This document shows, one piece after another, positions 10,223 to 18,582 of a DNA stretch of 64,000 bases (the stretch's first letter is position 1; every line of letters begins with the position of its first letter). The DNA is from Candidatus Undinarchaeota archaeon (GTDB lineage Archaea; SpSt-1190; JASMDC01). The translations under genes and the position numbers were made by a program. The notes under the pieces are model-generated. The model saw only the letters and a list, made by a program, of their open reading frames with translations. It ran no database searches and was not told where the DNA came from. The DNA lies in NCBI GenBank assembly GCA_964519305.1, contig CAZFHY010000018.1:11628-75627 (forward strand), written 5' to 3'.

Positions 10223-10664
10223 GTAGTTAATGATCGTTCCCGGACCAATGGATGATATCGTGGTACTGTTGCTACCCGGTATTGATTAGGTGCGACTTGG
10301 ATCAGCCATAGAGCATGAGTGTAAAGAGCTCTTGGCACCCTCCCCTTTCCCGGGGAATGTTGGTGACGCACTGATTGGTCTGTTCGAACACTTCATTCAT
10401 GCATGCGGTTTCGCAACTCCCGCCTAGGTTAAGGTCGTTGCACAGATTCTTGCATCCGCTCACGGCATTAGCAGGGACACTCCGAGGTCCGGGACCTTCC
10501 TTGCCTATCTCTAGCATAACGAACACGTTCGCGACCAGCGATATCACGCTGATGGCGAGCACGGCGTAGATGAGGTTCCTGTCATCCATGGTCCTGCATT
10601 CATCGGTCCAAGTAATAAAACAATCGTCTTAGCCCACGGGCGCAATCACGGACCTGTAGGTAGT
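10197..10664 (+). repeat. 31-bp direct repeat (10197-10227 and 10634-10664) copying the 3' end of the ABC permease; marks a 437-bp tandem duplication
   Basis: ccac(t/g)ggcgc(c/a)atcacggacctgtaggtagt, 29/31 identical. Confidence 0.85.
10302..10589 (-). CDS. Small membrane-anchored or secreted 6-Cys protein, copy 1
   Basis: Hydrophobic N-terminus MDDRNLIYAVLAISVISLVAN; Cys spacing C-x3-C-x8-C-x3-C-x10-C-x10-C. Confidence 0.8.
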   Translation of the reverse strand: MDDRNLIYAVLAISVISLVANVFVMLEIGKEGPGPRSVPANAVSGCKNLCNDLNLGGSCETACMNEVFEQTNQCVTNIPRERGGCQELFTLMLYG

Positions 10665-10727
10665 GGTGGATCCTTCCCCGGACCGGAGACCTGGTCCGTT
10701 GGCTTCTATCGTGTCGGTTAATGGTTT

Positions 10728-11030
10728 CTAGTACCCAGTATCATCGTAGGACCATACCTTCCGGCACATGGAGCATCCGGCCCTTCCCCTGGGATCGACC
10801 CTACCATGGCAGGCATTTGTGGCGTCGAGCGCTATACTCCTGCATTTGATCACACAGCTACTACCCAAGTTGAATTCAGAGCAGAGCCTCTTGCACCCGC
10901 TCACGGCGTTGGCCGGGGGGCTTGCGGGTTCGGGACCTTCCTTGCCTATCTCCAGCATGACGAATCCGTTCGCGACCAACGATATCACGCTGATGGCGAG
11001 CACGGCGTAGATGAGGTTCCTGTCATCCAT
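10728..11030 (-). CDS. Small membrane-anchored or secreted Cys-rich protein, copy 2
   Basis: N-terminus nearly identical to copy 1; same Cys skeleton with divergent residues between the cysteines. Confidence 0.8.
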   Translation of the reverse strand: MDDRNLIYAVLAISVISLVANGFVMLEIGKEGPEPASPPANAVSGCKRLCSEFNLGSSCVIKCRSIALDATNACHGRVDPRGRAGCSMCRKVWSYDDTGY

Positions 11031-11132
11031 GGTCCCCCTACCACCGCCCAACTAATAAAGACATAGTTACCGGTGAGCTGCCGATAACTATCTAAAGCCC
11101 CATGCACCTACCTCTGCTAGGAGTGTACCTGT

Positions 11133-11627
11133 ATGGAGATTACCGAGGACACAAGCGAGCGGCTTGTAATATCATCCGATCCGTGGATGAACGCCATCGG
11201 TGTCGCCACGCTCCTCGCAGGTATCGTCCTTGCGATCATGGCTTTCCAGATCGTAACCGATCCTGACGCCACCATACGCGATTATCCGATCGTCTTCATC
11301 GGGATGGGCCTGCCCATCGCCGGTCTGTTCATGAGCGTCCACAAAGAGAGCATCGAGGTCGACATGACGGCCCGACAGCTCACCAAGCGCACGCGTGACC
11401 TGACGGGTACCGTGACGGTCGACGTCCCGCTCTCCATGGTCAGCTACGTCAACTGCTGGCCTGTCAGCGTCGAGAGCGGCAGCATAGCAGAGACCCTCTA
11501 TCGCGTCTTCATCGGCACGCCCGAGGGCCGTGTAGTGCTGCTCGAGGATGCTGAAAGACCACTGGTCGAGAAGCTCGCTGCCCGGTTCGAGGCCGCCACG
11601 GACCTCGAGGTGGACTGGTCGCCCTGA
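11133..11627 (+). CDS. Two-TM membrane protein, paralog 4 of 4
   Basis: MEITEDTSERLVISSD.., two TM segments, ..KLAARFEAATDLEVDW. Confidence 0.75.
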   Translation: MEITEDTSERLVISSDPWMNAIGVATLLAGIVLAIMAFQIVTDPDATIRDYPIVFIGMGLPIAGLFMSVHKESIEVDMTARQLTKRTRDLTGTVTVDVPLSMVSYVNCWPVSVESGSIAETLYRVFIGTPEGRVVLLEDAERPLVEKLAARFEAATDLEVDWSP

Positions 11628-11644
11628 TGATGGGCATCCCGGGG

Positions 11645-11709
11645 TTGTTATTACTGGATAATAGTGACAATTTCCGTAAAGTTTATATACTCGGAATGAC
11701 TACTATACA
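11645..11709 (+). promoter_or_regulatory. Promoter with upstream imperfect palindrome, shared with 16901-16965
   Basis: TGTTATTA-N8-TAGTGACA followed by TTTATATA and CTCGGAA; 46/65 ungapped identity to the reverse complement of 16901-16965. Confidence 0.75.
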
Positions 11710-11712
11710 CTG

Positions 11713-12651
11713 ATGGGGGCCGGTCGTAAGGCTGCAGTTTTCGCTCACGCCCAGGACATGGACGGCGTGGCCTCGGCCGCCATCATGAGCCGTTACCTCG
11801 AGTCCCAGGGCAAGGAGGTCGAGGTCGACTTCATCAACTACGGCACGGTAAAAAAGGACGTCGAGCGGATGAAGGAGCTCGAGAACACCGACATATACGT
11901 CCTCGACTTCCACTTCGACGACCTAGAGAACTTCAAGGACCTGGACGAAGTGCTCGACCGCGGCAACAAGGTCGCCTACTGGGGCGACCATCATCCTTTA
12001 TCACCAGAGCTGAAGACCGCACACGAGCAGTATGCGGCACTCACCGACCTTATCTCACCGAGCGAACGTTGCGCAGCAGAGATCGCGAAGGACCGGTACG
12101 CCCCCACTGATCCTATTTCGCAGAAGCTGGCGAAGTTCGCTCACGACCAGGACTTCTATGACAAGGAGATAGAAACAGCGAACAAGATGTCCGACCTGAT
12201 CTCCTCGAACTACGACAAGCAGAAGCTCGTCGGTATGATGAAGACAGGCGAGACCTGGAACGATGAACTGGAACAGACATGGCAGAAGTACGACGACAAG
12301 CGGCAAGAAGGATACATCAAGATGGACGAGAAGGCAAAGGTATTCACCTACGGTGATTTGACGTGCGCCGTATCGATAAAGGAGCCATACCTCTCCGGGT
12401 CCGACGCAGGGAACCACCTTCTCGATAAGTACAACACGGACATGATAGCGGTCATGTCCCCCAGCGGCGTCATGTCGTTACGAAGAGCGGACGACTGCAC
12501 CGTGGACCTTGGCGAGGTCGCCAAGATGTTCAACGGCGGCGGCCATGCATATGCGGCAGGCGCAAAGCTCGACTTCAAGGTAAAGACCGACGAGGCCTAT
12601 GCACGAGCCCTGGAGACCATCGACGGGAGGTTGACCGAGTACTTCGGGTGA
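11713..12651 (+). CDS. DHH/DHHA1 phosphoesterase (NrnB/nanoRNase-like)
   Basis: HAQDMDG, VLDF, WGDHH, SLRR, GGGHAYAAG. Confidence 0.88.
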   Translation: MGAGRKAAVFAHAQDMDGVASAAIMSRYLESQGKEVEVDFINYGTVKKDVERMKELENTDIYVLDFHFDDLENFKDLDEVLDRGNKVAYWGDHHPLSPELKTAHEQYAALTDLISPSERCAAEIAKDRYAPTDPISQKLAKFAHDQDFYDKEIETANKMSDLISSNYDKQKLVGMMKTGETWNDELEQTWQKYDDKRQEGYIKMDEKAKVFTYGDLTCAVSIKEPYLSGSDAGNHLLDKYNTDMIAVMSPSGVMSLRRADDCTVDLGEVAKMFNGGGHAYAAGAKLDFKVKTDEAYARALETIDGRLTEYFG

Positions 12652-12655
12652 TACC

Positions 12656-13615
12656 ATGGCGTCGATACCTGAGAACGAGCGAGAAGCGGCGGTGTTCACA
12701 CACTCCCGCGCCCTCGACGGTGTTGCCTCTGCTGCCATCCTTGCCCGGTACCTCGAGGGACAGGGCAGGGAAGTCAAGGTCGACTTCATCGACTATGTGA
12801 CACAGTACGAGGATCTGGACCGGATGAGGACGCTGGGCGATACGGACATCTACATAGCCGACTTCGCGTTCGACGACGCCGAGCAGTATGCTGTCTTCGA
12901 TGAGATCGAGGCCAATGGCAACCGCGTAGCCTACTGGAACGACCATCACCCCCACAAGGACGGCGTAAACGAGGCCATCACCCGCTATGCAGAGATCGCC
13001 GACCTGCGCGGTCCGCGGCCACACTGCGGCGCAGAGATAGCCCAGCAGCGCTACCTGCCCAACGACACAGTGGCACGAGAGCTTGCGGAGCTTGCCCATG
13101 ACAACGACTTCTGGGAGCGCAACATCGAGAACGCCAACAAGCTGGCAGATGTGATCGCCTCGGGCTATGACAAGAACAAGCTCGTAAGTTATCTCAAGCA
13201 CGGAGAGACCTGGAACCCAGAGCTGGAACAGGCGTGGAAGGCCTATGATACAAAGCGCAACGATGCTTACGACCGCCTTAGCGAGAAGGCCGAGGTCACG
13301 GAGTACGGCATGACATCGTGCGTGATATCCCTGGCCGACGAAATGCTGGCTACCTCCGACGCTGGAGACTACCTCCTCAACAAATACGATACAGAGATGT
13401 CCATCACCCTCTACCGCGACGGCCGGATGGCGTTCCGCCGGGCCGAGGGCGGGACCGTGGACCTCACCGAGGTCGCCCGGATGTTCGGTGGCGGCGGTCA
13501 CCCGTACGCAGCGGGCGCTCATTTCGACGAGGAGATCCAGGACGATACGGCCTACGCGTACGCCCGTGACAAGGTGGACACGAAGCTCTCGGAATACTTC
13601 GCATACGGCCTGTAG
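12656..13615 (+). CDS. DHH/DHHA1 phosphoesterase paralog with degenerate motif I
   Basis: Collinear paralog of the previous gene; HSRALDG, IADF, WNDHH, GGGHPYAAG. Confidence 0.85.
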   Translation: MASIPENEREAAVFTHSRALDGVASAAILARYLEGQGREVKVDFIDYVTQYEDLDRMRTLGDTDIYIADFAFDDAEQYAVFDEIEANGNRVAYWNDHHPHKDGVNEAITRYAEIADLRGPRPHCGAEIAQQRYLPNDTVARELAELAHDNDFWERNIENANKLADVIASGYDKNKLVSYLKHGETWNPELEQAWKAYDTKRNDAYDRLSEKAEVTEYGMTSCVISLADEMLATSDAGDYLLNKYDTEMSITLYRDGRMAFRRAEGGTVDLTEVARMFGGGGHPYAAGAHFDEEIQDDTAYAYARDKVDTKLSEYFAYGL

Positions 13616-13678
13616 ACGCGGTCGCCCCTTCGGGAAAAGCAAAGCTTATATACCGCCTGTCGAGCCTCTCTTGTCACG

Positions 13679-14581
13679 GTGACCGAGATGATCTACGATT
13701 CGCCACATGTCACGGTGGAAACGACCTATGTCCCTCCCGGTGAGCGGGACGGGCTGGAGGACGGAGCCCCCATGACGCTGGACGGTTTCTGCTCCCAGCT
13801 GGCGGACACATACCGGACCGAGGCACGCGTTGCCGACGCGGCGTACGCCCTGACGGCCTGCATGACCGGCGACCGGCTCACGGCCACCGATCCGACGTCA
13901 CACCGTGACCGCATGGTGCTCGGGCTGCGCAATAGCGCAAAGAAGCTCGACGACGCTGAGTTCCGCACCTTCCTCAACGGCTACATGGACAAGCTCGGGG
14001 TAAGAGACCGGAGAGAGTTCCTCAACTCCTACGAGTTCGGCAACATCCTCGAGGGCGCCGCCGGTGACGAGAGATCCGGTGTGTCCTATATGGCCGCCGC
14101 ACAGCTGTGTTTGGCAGCGGAGAAGGACGAGGCGCTCCGGGACTCCCTCTACGATATGCGACTGTCCACGGACACCGAGAAGAACATCCGGTTCAAGACC
14201 CTTCTGGGTCGGGGGCTCGCACAGGCGGGCACGCTCTACGGCAGCGAGGACGCGCCCATGGTCGACAATGAGGCCACATCTTACCTGGGTCTGATCGAGG
14301 ACATGGCGTCCTTCGATCCGGAGCGGATCGACGAGTACAAGGCCACCGTTGACGAGCTGCTGGGCGAGGGGCACGAGGCCCGGAACGTCTATCGCATCGA
14401 CAACCGCATGGCAGTGGCCCGCGAGGTCACCGGATTCGTACGCGAGCTGGCCGCAGAGATGGGCGACGAGGAACGGGCGGCCACCGAAGCGGCGCTTCTC
14501 ACTGCGGTGGACCACTTGTTCGTCGACCTGGCGGAGAAGGATCCCGTCAAGGCCTACGCCCTAAGGCGCGAGCTCATCTGA
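13679..14581 (+). CDS. Hypothetical acidic helical protein
   Basis: 300-aa ORF with coding-like codon bias and an upstream BRE/TATA (aaagcttatata). Confidence 0.7.
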   Translation: MTEMIYDSPHVTVETTYVPPGERDGLEDGAPMTLDGFCSQLADTYRTEARVADAAYALTACMTGDRLTATDPTSHRDRMVLGLRNSAKKLDDAEFRTFLNGYMDKLGVRDRREFLNSYEFGNILEGAAGDERSGVSYMAAAQLCLAAEKDEALRDSLYDMRLSTDTEKNIRFKTLLGRGLAQAGTLYGSEDAPMVDNEATSYLGLIEDMASFDPERIDEYKATVDELLGEGHEARNVYRIDNRMAVAREVTGFVRELAAEMGDEERAATEAALLTAVDHLFVDLAEKDPVKAYALRRELI

Positions 14582-14597
14582 ACGAGCGAGGACCGGC

Positions 14598-14789
14598 TCA
14601 CACCGATATCGGTGTGTCATCGAAGTTCATCAATGCATGCGTCATGGCGTACGCCATGAAACAGGTCTTGCAGACCTGGATGTCCCGGACCCCGGTCGGA
14701 AGCTCCACGGACATGACTGCGACATCGTCCGTCTGGATCCCGCACTCGTCGCAACACGCATCGGTCATATTCGAGAGGAGTGCAATCAT
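14598..14789 (-). CDS. Small zinc-finger protein
   Basis: CDEC..CKTC pairs in 63 aa. Confidence 0.6.
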   Translation of the reverse strand: MIALLSNMTDACCDECGIQTDDVAVMSVELPTGVRDIQVCKTCFMAYAMTHALMNFDDTPISV

Positions 14790-14846
14790 CGTTTTTAAAG
14801 GGTTGTTTACTCTAACGAGTATATCTTAAAGCCTATGTTCGAGGTG

Positions 14847-15923
14847 CTACAAGAGGAGTTCTTTGAGCACTTCCCGGCACTTGTCGAGATTAGCTAGGAT
14901 GCATGATTCGCCGGGGCCGTGACCGACACCCTGGGTCCCGGGACCGAACGTCACGGCGGGGATGCCGGCGGCCGCGAACAGTGACGAGTCGACCCAGCCT
15001 CTAAAGAAGAACGGGTCCGCGTACCCGAGCACCTTGTCCGATGCGGCCATGACCTTACTGAAGAACGGATCATCTGTAGGTAGCAGATAGGGTCCCCGGT
15101 ACTCGGCGGTACTGCACGGACCAAGCCCCTTGAGGCCAGCGACGACATCGTCCATGTCCTCGGTCGGCGACACGCGACGGTTGACCGTCACGTCAGCGCG
15201 GTCGGGGATCACGTTGTGGCGCACACCGCCTGAGAGCATGGTCACCGCCATCACGGGCAACGCCTCCATCCCCGAGTGGAGCGGGACCGGCTTGAGCTCA
15301 GCGGCCAGGCGCTCCACCTCGGCCACCAGATGTGCTGCCTTGTACAGGGCGTTGTCACCGCGCTCGGGGCGTGATGAGTGCGCTGCACGCCCCTCCAGGG
15401 CGAATTTGACGGCTACGTTGCCCTGACAGCCCGGAGAGACGTAGATGTGCTCGCCCACGGCCGTGGGCTCGAGTATAAGTGCAGTATCAGGCCGATGACG
15501 CTCAAGGAAATCGACAACACCGTCGACCTGTCCCTCCACCCCGCCCTCCTCGTTGGTGGAGAACGCGAGGATCACCGGTCGTGAAAGGTCCCAGTCTATG
15601 ATGTCGAGCATCAGCGCAAGACCGCTCTTCATGTCCGAGACGCCAAGGCCGGTCATGACGCCGTCGGCCACCGTGGGCTTCCAGGGGTCCTGCTCCCAGC
15701 CCGACGCGGCCGGTACCGTGTCCAAATGGCCTGAAAGGCACAGACTCTCGCCCTTTTCGGGTCCGAGGAAAGCAGTGACGTTGTGCAGCTCATCCCGCTC
15801 GTAATTAACACCTGCACGCTCGAGCTTCTGGCAGACATAGTCTGCGATAGCTACCTCATTGCCGCTGATGGACTCGATAGCGACCAGCTCGGCGAGCGTA
15901 CGATGCAGCGGCGGGAGGGACAT
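14847..15923 (-). CDS. M20 family metallopeptidase/deacylase (ArgE/DapE/LysK-like)
   Basis: SGHLDTV, GVSDMKSG, NEEGG, LEPT, GRAAHSS, FGPG..H..E. Confidence 0.9.
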   Translation of the reverse strand: MSLPPLHRTLAELVAIESISGNEVAIADYVCQKLERAGVNYERDELHNVTAFLGPEKGESLCLSGHLDTVPAASGWEQDPWKPTVADGVMTGLGVSDMKSGLALMLDIIDWDLSRPVILAFSTNEEGGVEGQVDGVVDFLERHRPDTALILEPTAVGEHIYVSPGCQGNVAVKFALEGRAAHSSRPERGDNALYKAAHLVAEVERLAAELKPVPLHSGMEALPVMAVTMLSGGVRHNVIPDRADVTVNRRVSPTEDMDDVVAGLKGLGPCSTAEYRGPYLLPTDDPFFSKVMAASDKVLGYADPFFFRGWVDSSLFAAAGIPAVTFGPGTQGVGHGPGESCILANLDKCREVLKELLL

Positions 15924-15955
15924 GCTCCCGGGGAAGGAGCGAGATGATAAAAAAC

Positions 15956-16897
15956 CTACTGCCTCAGCGCCTCGATGAGTGCCACGATGACCTCGTTGGC
16001 GCCCTCACCGAAGGTCTGCTTGGTCTGCATGTAGGAGGTGCCAGACTTGTCCAGGGCGGCCTTGAGGTTCTGTGTCTTCTCGCGCACGGACGCGTCCTCG
16101 TGGTTGTCGTTGGAGATGACCACACCGGTGCCCGAGTACTGGAGCGCTCCCAGGTCGTTCATGTTGTCGCCCATGTATACCATCTTTTCGGCCGGCATGC
16201 TGTACATCTCGGTCATGGTCTCCATGGCGTTGACCTTGGTGCAACCGGGGATAAGGAGCTCGAAAGCGTCGAAGTGCTGTGACTGGTACTCCTTGGGGAT
16301 GCCCAAGCGGTCGGCGATCTCAGCAGCCTTGTTGAAGGCCTTCTGGCCTACCGTCTCCATGTGCTTCCCGTAGTAGGTCTCGTCGTCCATCCCGTCGGGA
16401 CGAGCGGCCTTGACCGTGGGGCGTACCTCGTTGTCCTGCCAGTAAATGTCGTCGCCGCACTCCTTGCCTACCTCGACCTTGAACTGGTCGTACAGTGCCT
16501 TGATACCGGCGGGCGGCTGGGTGATCTTTTCCTTACCGGGAGTGGAGTATATGCCCTGATCGGCGACCTTGCCCTCCAGGTAGGAGGCGAAGTTACCGGA
16601 AGCGATAGAAAAGAAGCACTTCTCACCGGTCCGCTCCTCGTAGTCGGACATCTCCTGCACCAGCGTCTTTAGCAGGTACCCTGTGTCGTTGGAGAGCTTC
16701 TCCTCCTTGCCGCACAAGGTGAGGTTGTAGTCGGAGATGAGCGAACGGGGCTTCAGTTCCTTGAAGGTGTCCACCAGTTCCTGGTTCCAGTACTTACCGG
16801 CGACCTCCTGGTAGTTCCCTTTTTCGACGGGATCGAACTTCAGTTCATAGGACCGTACTACCGCACCGTCCTCTGCGCTAATGACCCCGTCATACAT
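15956..16897 (-). CDS. Divergent HAD-superfamily (Cof/IIB-like) hydrolase
   Basis: Motif I ISDYNLT (DxN), motif II ASG, TKVNA, YMGDNMNDL. Confidence 0.7.
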   Translation of the reverse strand: MYDGVISAEDGAVVRSYELKFDPVEKGNYQEVAGKYWNQELVDTFKELKPRSLISDYNLTLCGKEEKLSNDTGYLLKTLVQEMSDYEERTGEKCFFSIASGNFASYLEGKVADQGIYSTPGKEKITQPPAGIKALYDQFKVEVGKECGDDIYWQDNEVRPTVKAARPDGMDDETYYGKHMETVGQKAFNKAAEIADRLGIPKEYQSQHFDAFELLIPGCTKVNAMETMTEMYSMPAEKMVYMGDNMNDLGALQYSGTGVVISNDNHEDASVREKTQNLKAALDKSGTSYMQTKQTFGEGANEVIVALIEALRQ

Positions 16898-16900
16898 AAT

Positions 16901-16965
16901 CGTATATAGTGCGTTCCGAGTATTTAAATGTTTCCTTTATCGTCACTATTCACCAGTAACAACAA
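16901..16965 (-). promoter_or_regulatory. Second copy of the shared promoter/operator
   Basis: Minus strand TTGTTGTTACTGGTGAATAGTGACG..TTTAAATACTCGGAA; begins 68 nt before the ATG, as does the copy at 11645. Confidence 0.75.
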
Positions 16966-16975
16966 GTAAGAACGA

Positions 16976-18361
16976 TCACATCTGTTTCGCAATGAGCCGG
17001 TCCAGTTCGAGGATGAAGGCCTCAAGGACCTCCTCGTCGATGTAGGCCCCTGCTGCGATATCGTGGCCCCCGGACTGGCCTCCCCAGCGCTCGACAGCAC
17101 CGCTTAGCGCTGCTGCGAGGTCGACGCCCGCACGGACCATACGCTGTGTGGTGCGCGCCGAGAGCTTGATCCGTCCGCCCGAGTCGCGGGCCGCGGCAAG
17201 GATTACGCGCTCGTGGTCTACCATACGCGAGCCCAGGCCCATACCGGCGATGATGCCGACAACGGTAGGTGAGATGGTCTCGGACTCGAACAGCTGGACA
17301 TAGCGGCCGATGGGTGTCGCGCCCTTCTCACGCAGCTCGTCGAGGCCGGTACGAAGCTGCAGGCGGTGATAACGGAGCATAGCGCTCGCTTTTGCGTAAT
17401 AACCCTCTTCCTGCAGGCAGACGCGAACACCGACGGCGGCAAGGCCCCAACGGCCGCAGGCGTTGAGGAGGGTTGAGTGTTCTGTGGCGTCGCGCATTTC
17501 TGTGCCCTTACGCCGCGTTGGGAGGACGTAGTACTCCTTGACCAGGGCCTCGATGCCCCACTGCGGAACGCGACGTTCGATGCAGAACCTGACCAGGGCG
17601 TCGCCAAGCTTGATCCGGTCCTCTTGCGAGAGGTCGTGATAGGTGAGCGCCCGGTCGTCCTCATCACGCGTGGGGATGCCCTCGGCATCAAGGAACGTGC
17701 GACAGGCGTCAACATCGTTGGAAAGTCCCGGGATGTACGGAGAGGACGCGTAGGAGAGCAGGACGGCTAATGGTCGCGTTTCGCGGCCGAAGAACGATAT
17801 CCCACGTGTTGGTTCGACCGTGCCGTCCTTCTCACCGTCATCGACAGGGATACGGTTCATAGCCTCGAGTCGGCCTGTACGACGGTCCTGCATGTCGCCT
17901 ACGGCACCTACGATGGCTATTGGGGCGGTCTCTCTCAGACCGGCCTCCCTGGCCACTAAGTAGGCCACAGTTGACCCCGAGCACTGAGAACCGCCGTCCA
18001 CGCCGAAAAGCTGGGGATTGAGGTGCACTCCGTCGAGATCTACACCCGTCATGGGATGGTGATGGTCGAGCACTACTGCAGGGATGCCGAGTTTGGCGAT
18101 AAGATCGAGCTGACCCGAGCCAAGATCGACGAACACGGCGAGGTCACGGTCCTTGGCGGCCCGTTCCACCTCGGGAAGCGTCTCTGCCGCGAGCTGGCGA
18201 AGGTGGACGCACTTCGGGTCCGTGCCGAATGAACGGAGAGAGTTGACAGCGATGGCCGCGGAGGTTATACCGTCGGCGTCGATGTGGCTTACCACGAGCG
18301 GGTTCTTGGCATTCTCCATTGCAGAGAGCGCCTCGCGGACCCGTGCGTCACGTGACTCCAT
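16976..18361 (-). CDS. Archaeal RecJ-like (GAN/Cdc45-related) DHH exonuclease
   Basis: SHIDADG, VDLGSGQ, LDHH, GAVGDMQ, LNACGR, SARTT, GGHDIAAG. Confidence 0.9.
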   Translation of the reverse strand: MESRDARVREALSAMENAKNPLVVSHIDADGITSAAIAVNSLRSFGTDPKCVHLRQLAAETLPEVERAAKDRDLAVFVDLGSGQLDLIAKLGIPAVVLDHHHPMTGVDLDGVHLNPQLFGVDGGSQCSGSTVAYLVAREAGLRETAPIAIVGAVGDMQDRRTGRLEAMNRIPVDDGEKDGTVEPTRGISFFGRETRPLAVLLSYASSPYIPGLSNDVDACRTFLDAEGIPTRDEDDRALTYHDLSQEDRIKLGDALVRFCIERRVPQWGIEALVKEYYVLPTRRKGTEMRDATEHSTLLNACGRWGLAAVGVRVCLQEEGYYAKASAMLRYHRLQLRTGLDELREKGATPIGRYVQLFESETISPTVVGIIAGMGLGSRMVDHERVILAAARDSGGRIKLSARTTQRMVRAGVDLAAALSGAVERWGGQSGGHDIAAGAYIDEEVLEAFILELDRLIAKQM

Positions 18362-18453
18362 GATGGTACCTTGTGAACGATCGGTTATACCCGTTCGCCC
18401 CTACTGGGCGCGGTATGCAAACCTATTTAAGGAATATGCGAACACGGGAGGAA

Positions 18454-18580
18454 GCGGGGGTACCCGAGCTGGCCAAAGGGGCCGGACTTAAGATCCGGTG
18501 GCTTAGGGCCTTCACGGGTTCGAAACCCGCGCCCCCGCACGTACGTGGGAGCAAGAGCGAAAGTCCCGTCCCCCGCACCA
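18454..18580 (+). tRNA. tRNA-Leu(UAA) with a 39-nt non-canonical intron at 59/60 (18525-18563); CCA encoded
   Basis: Acceptor GCGGGGG/CCCCCGC, anticodon arm CCGGA-CTTAAGA-TCCGG, long variable arm; BHB-like motif with central helix UUCG/CGAA and bulges AAA and AGU; splicing restores ACGGG-TTCGAAT-CCCGT. Confidence 0.92.
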
Positions 18581-18582
18581 AT

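Noticed and set aside
10302-11030. Diversity-generating retroelement template/variable repeat pair
   Set aside because: Differences between the copies are not restricted to adenines, and no reverse transcriptase is present in the window.
11645-16965. Transposon with terminal inverted repeats
   Set aside because: No target-site duplication or transposase; the repeats contain TATA boxes at identical spacing to start codons, which fits promoters better.
18454-18540. Intronless tRNA-Leu with an unusual 8/5 or 7/6 acceptor/T-stem fold
   Set aside because: That fold needs a mismatch and an extra base, whereas BHB splicing gives a canonical tRNA with CCA.
18564-18580. attR of an integrated element
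   Set aside because: Only 39 nt separate the two copies and no integrase is nearby; kept only as a possible origin of the intron.
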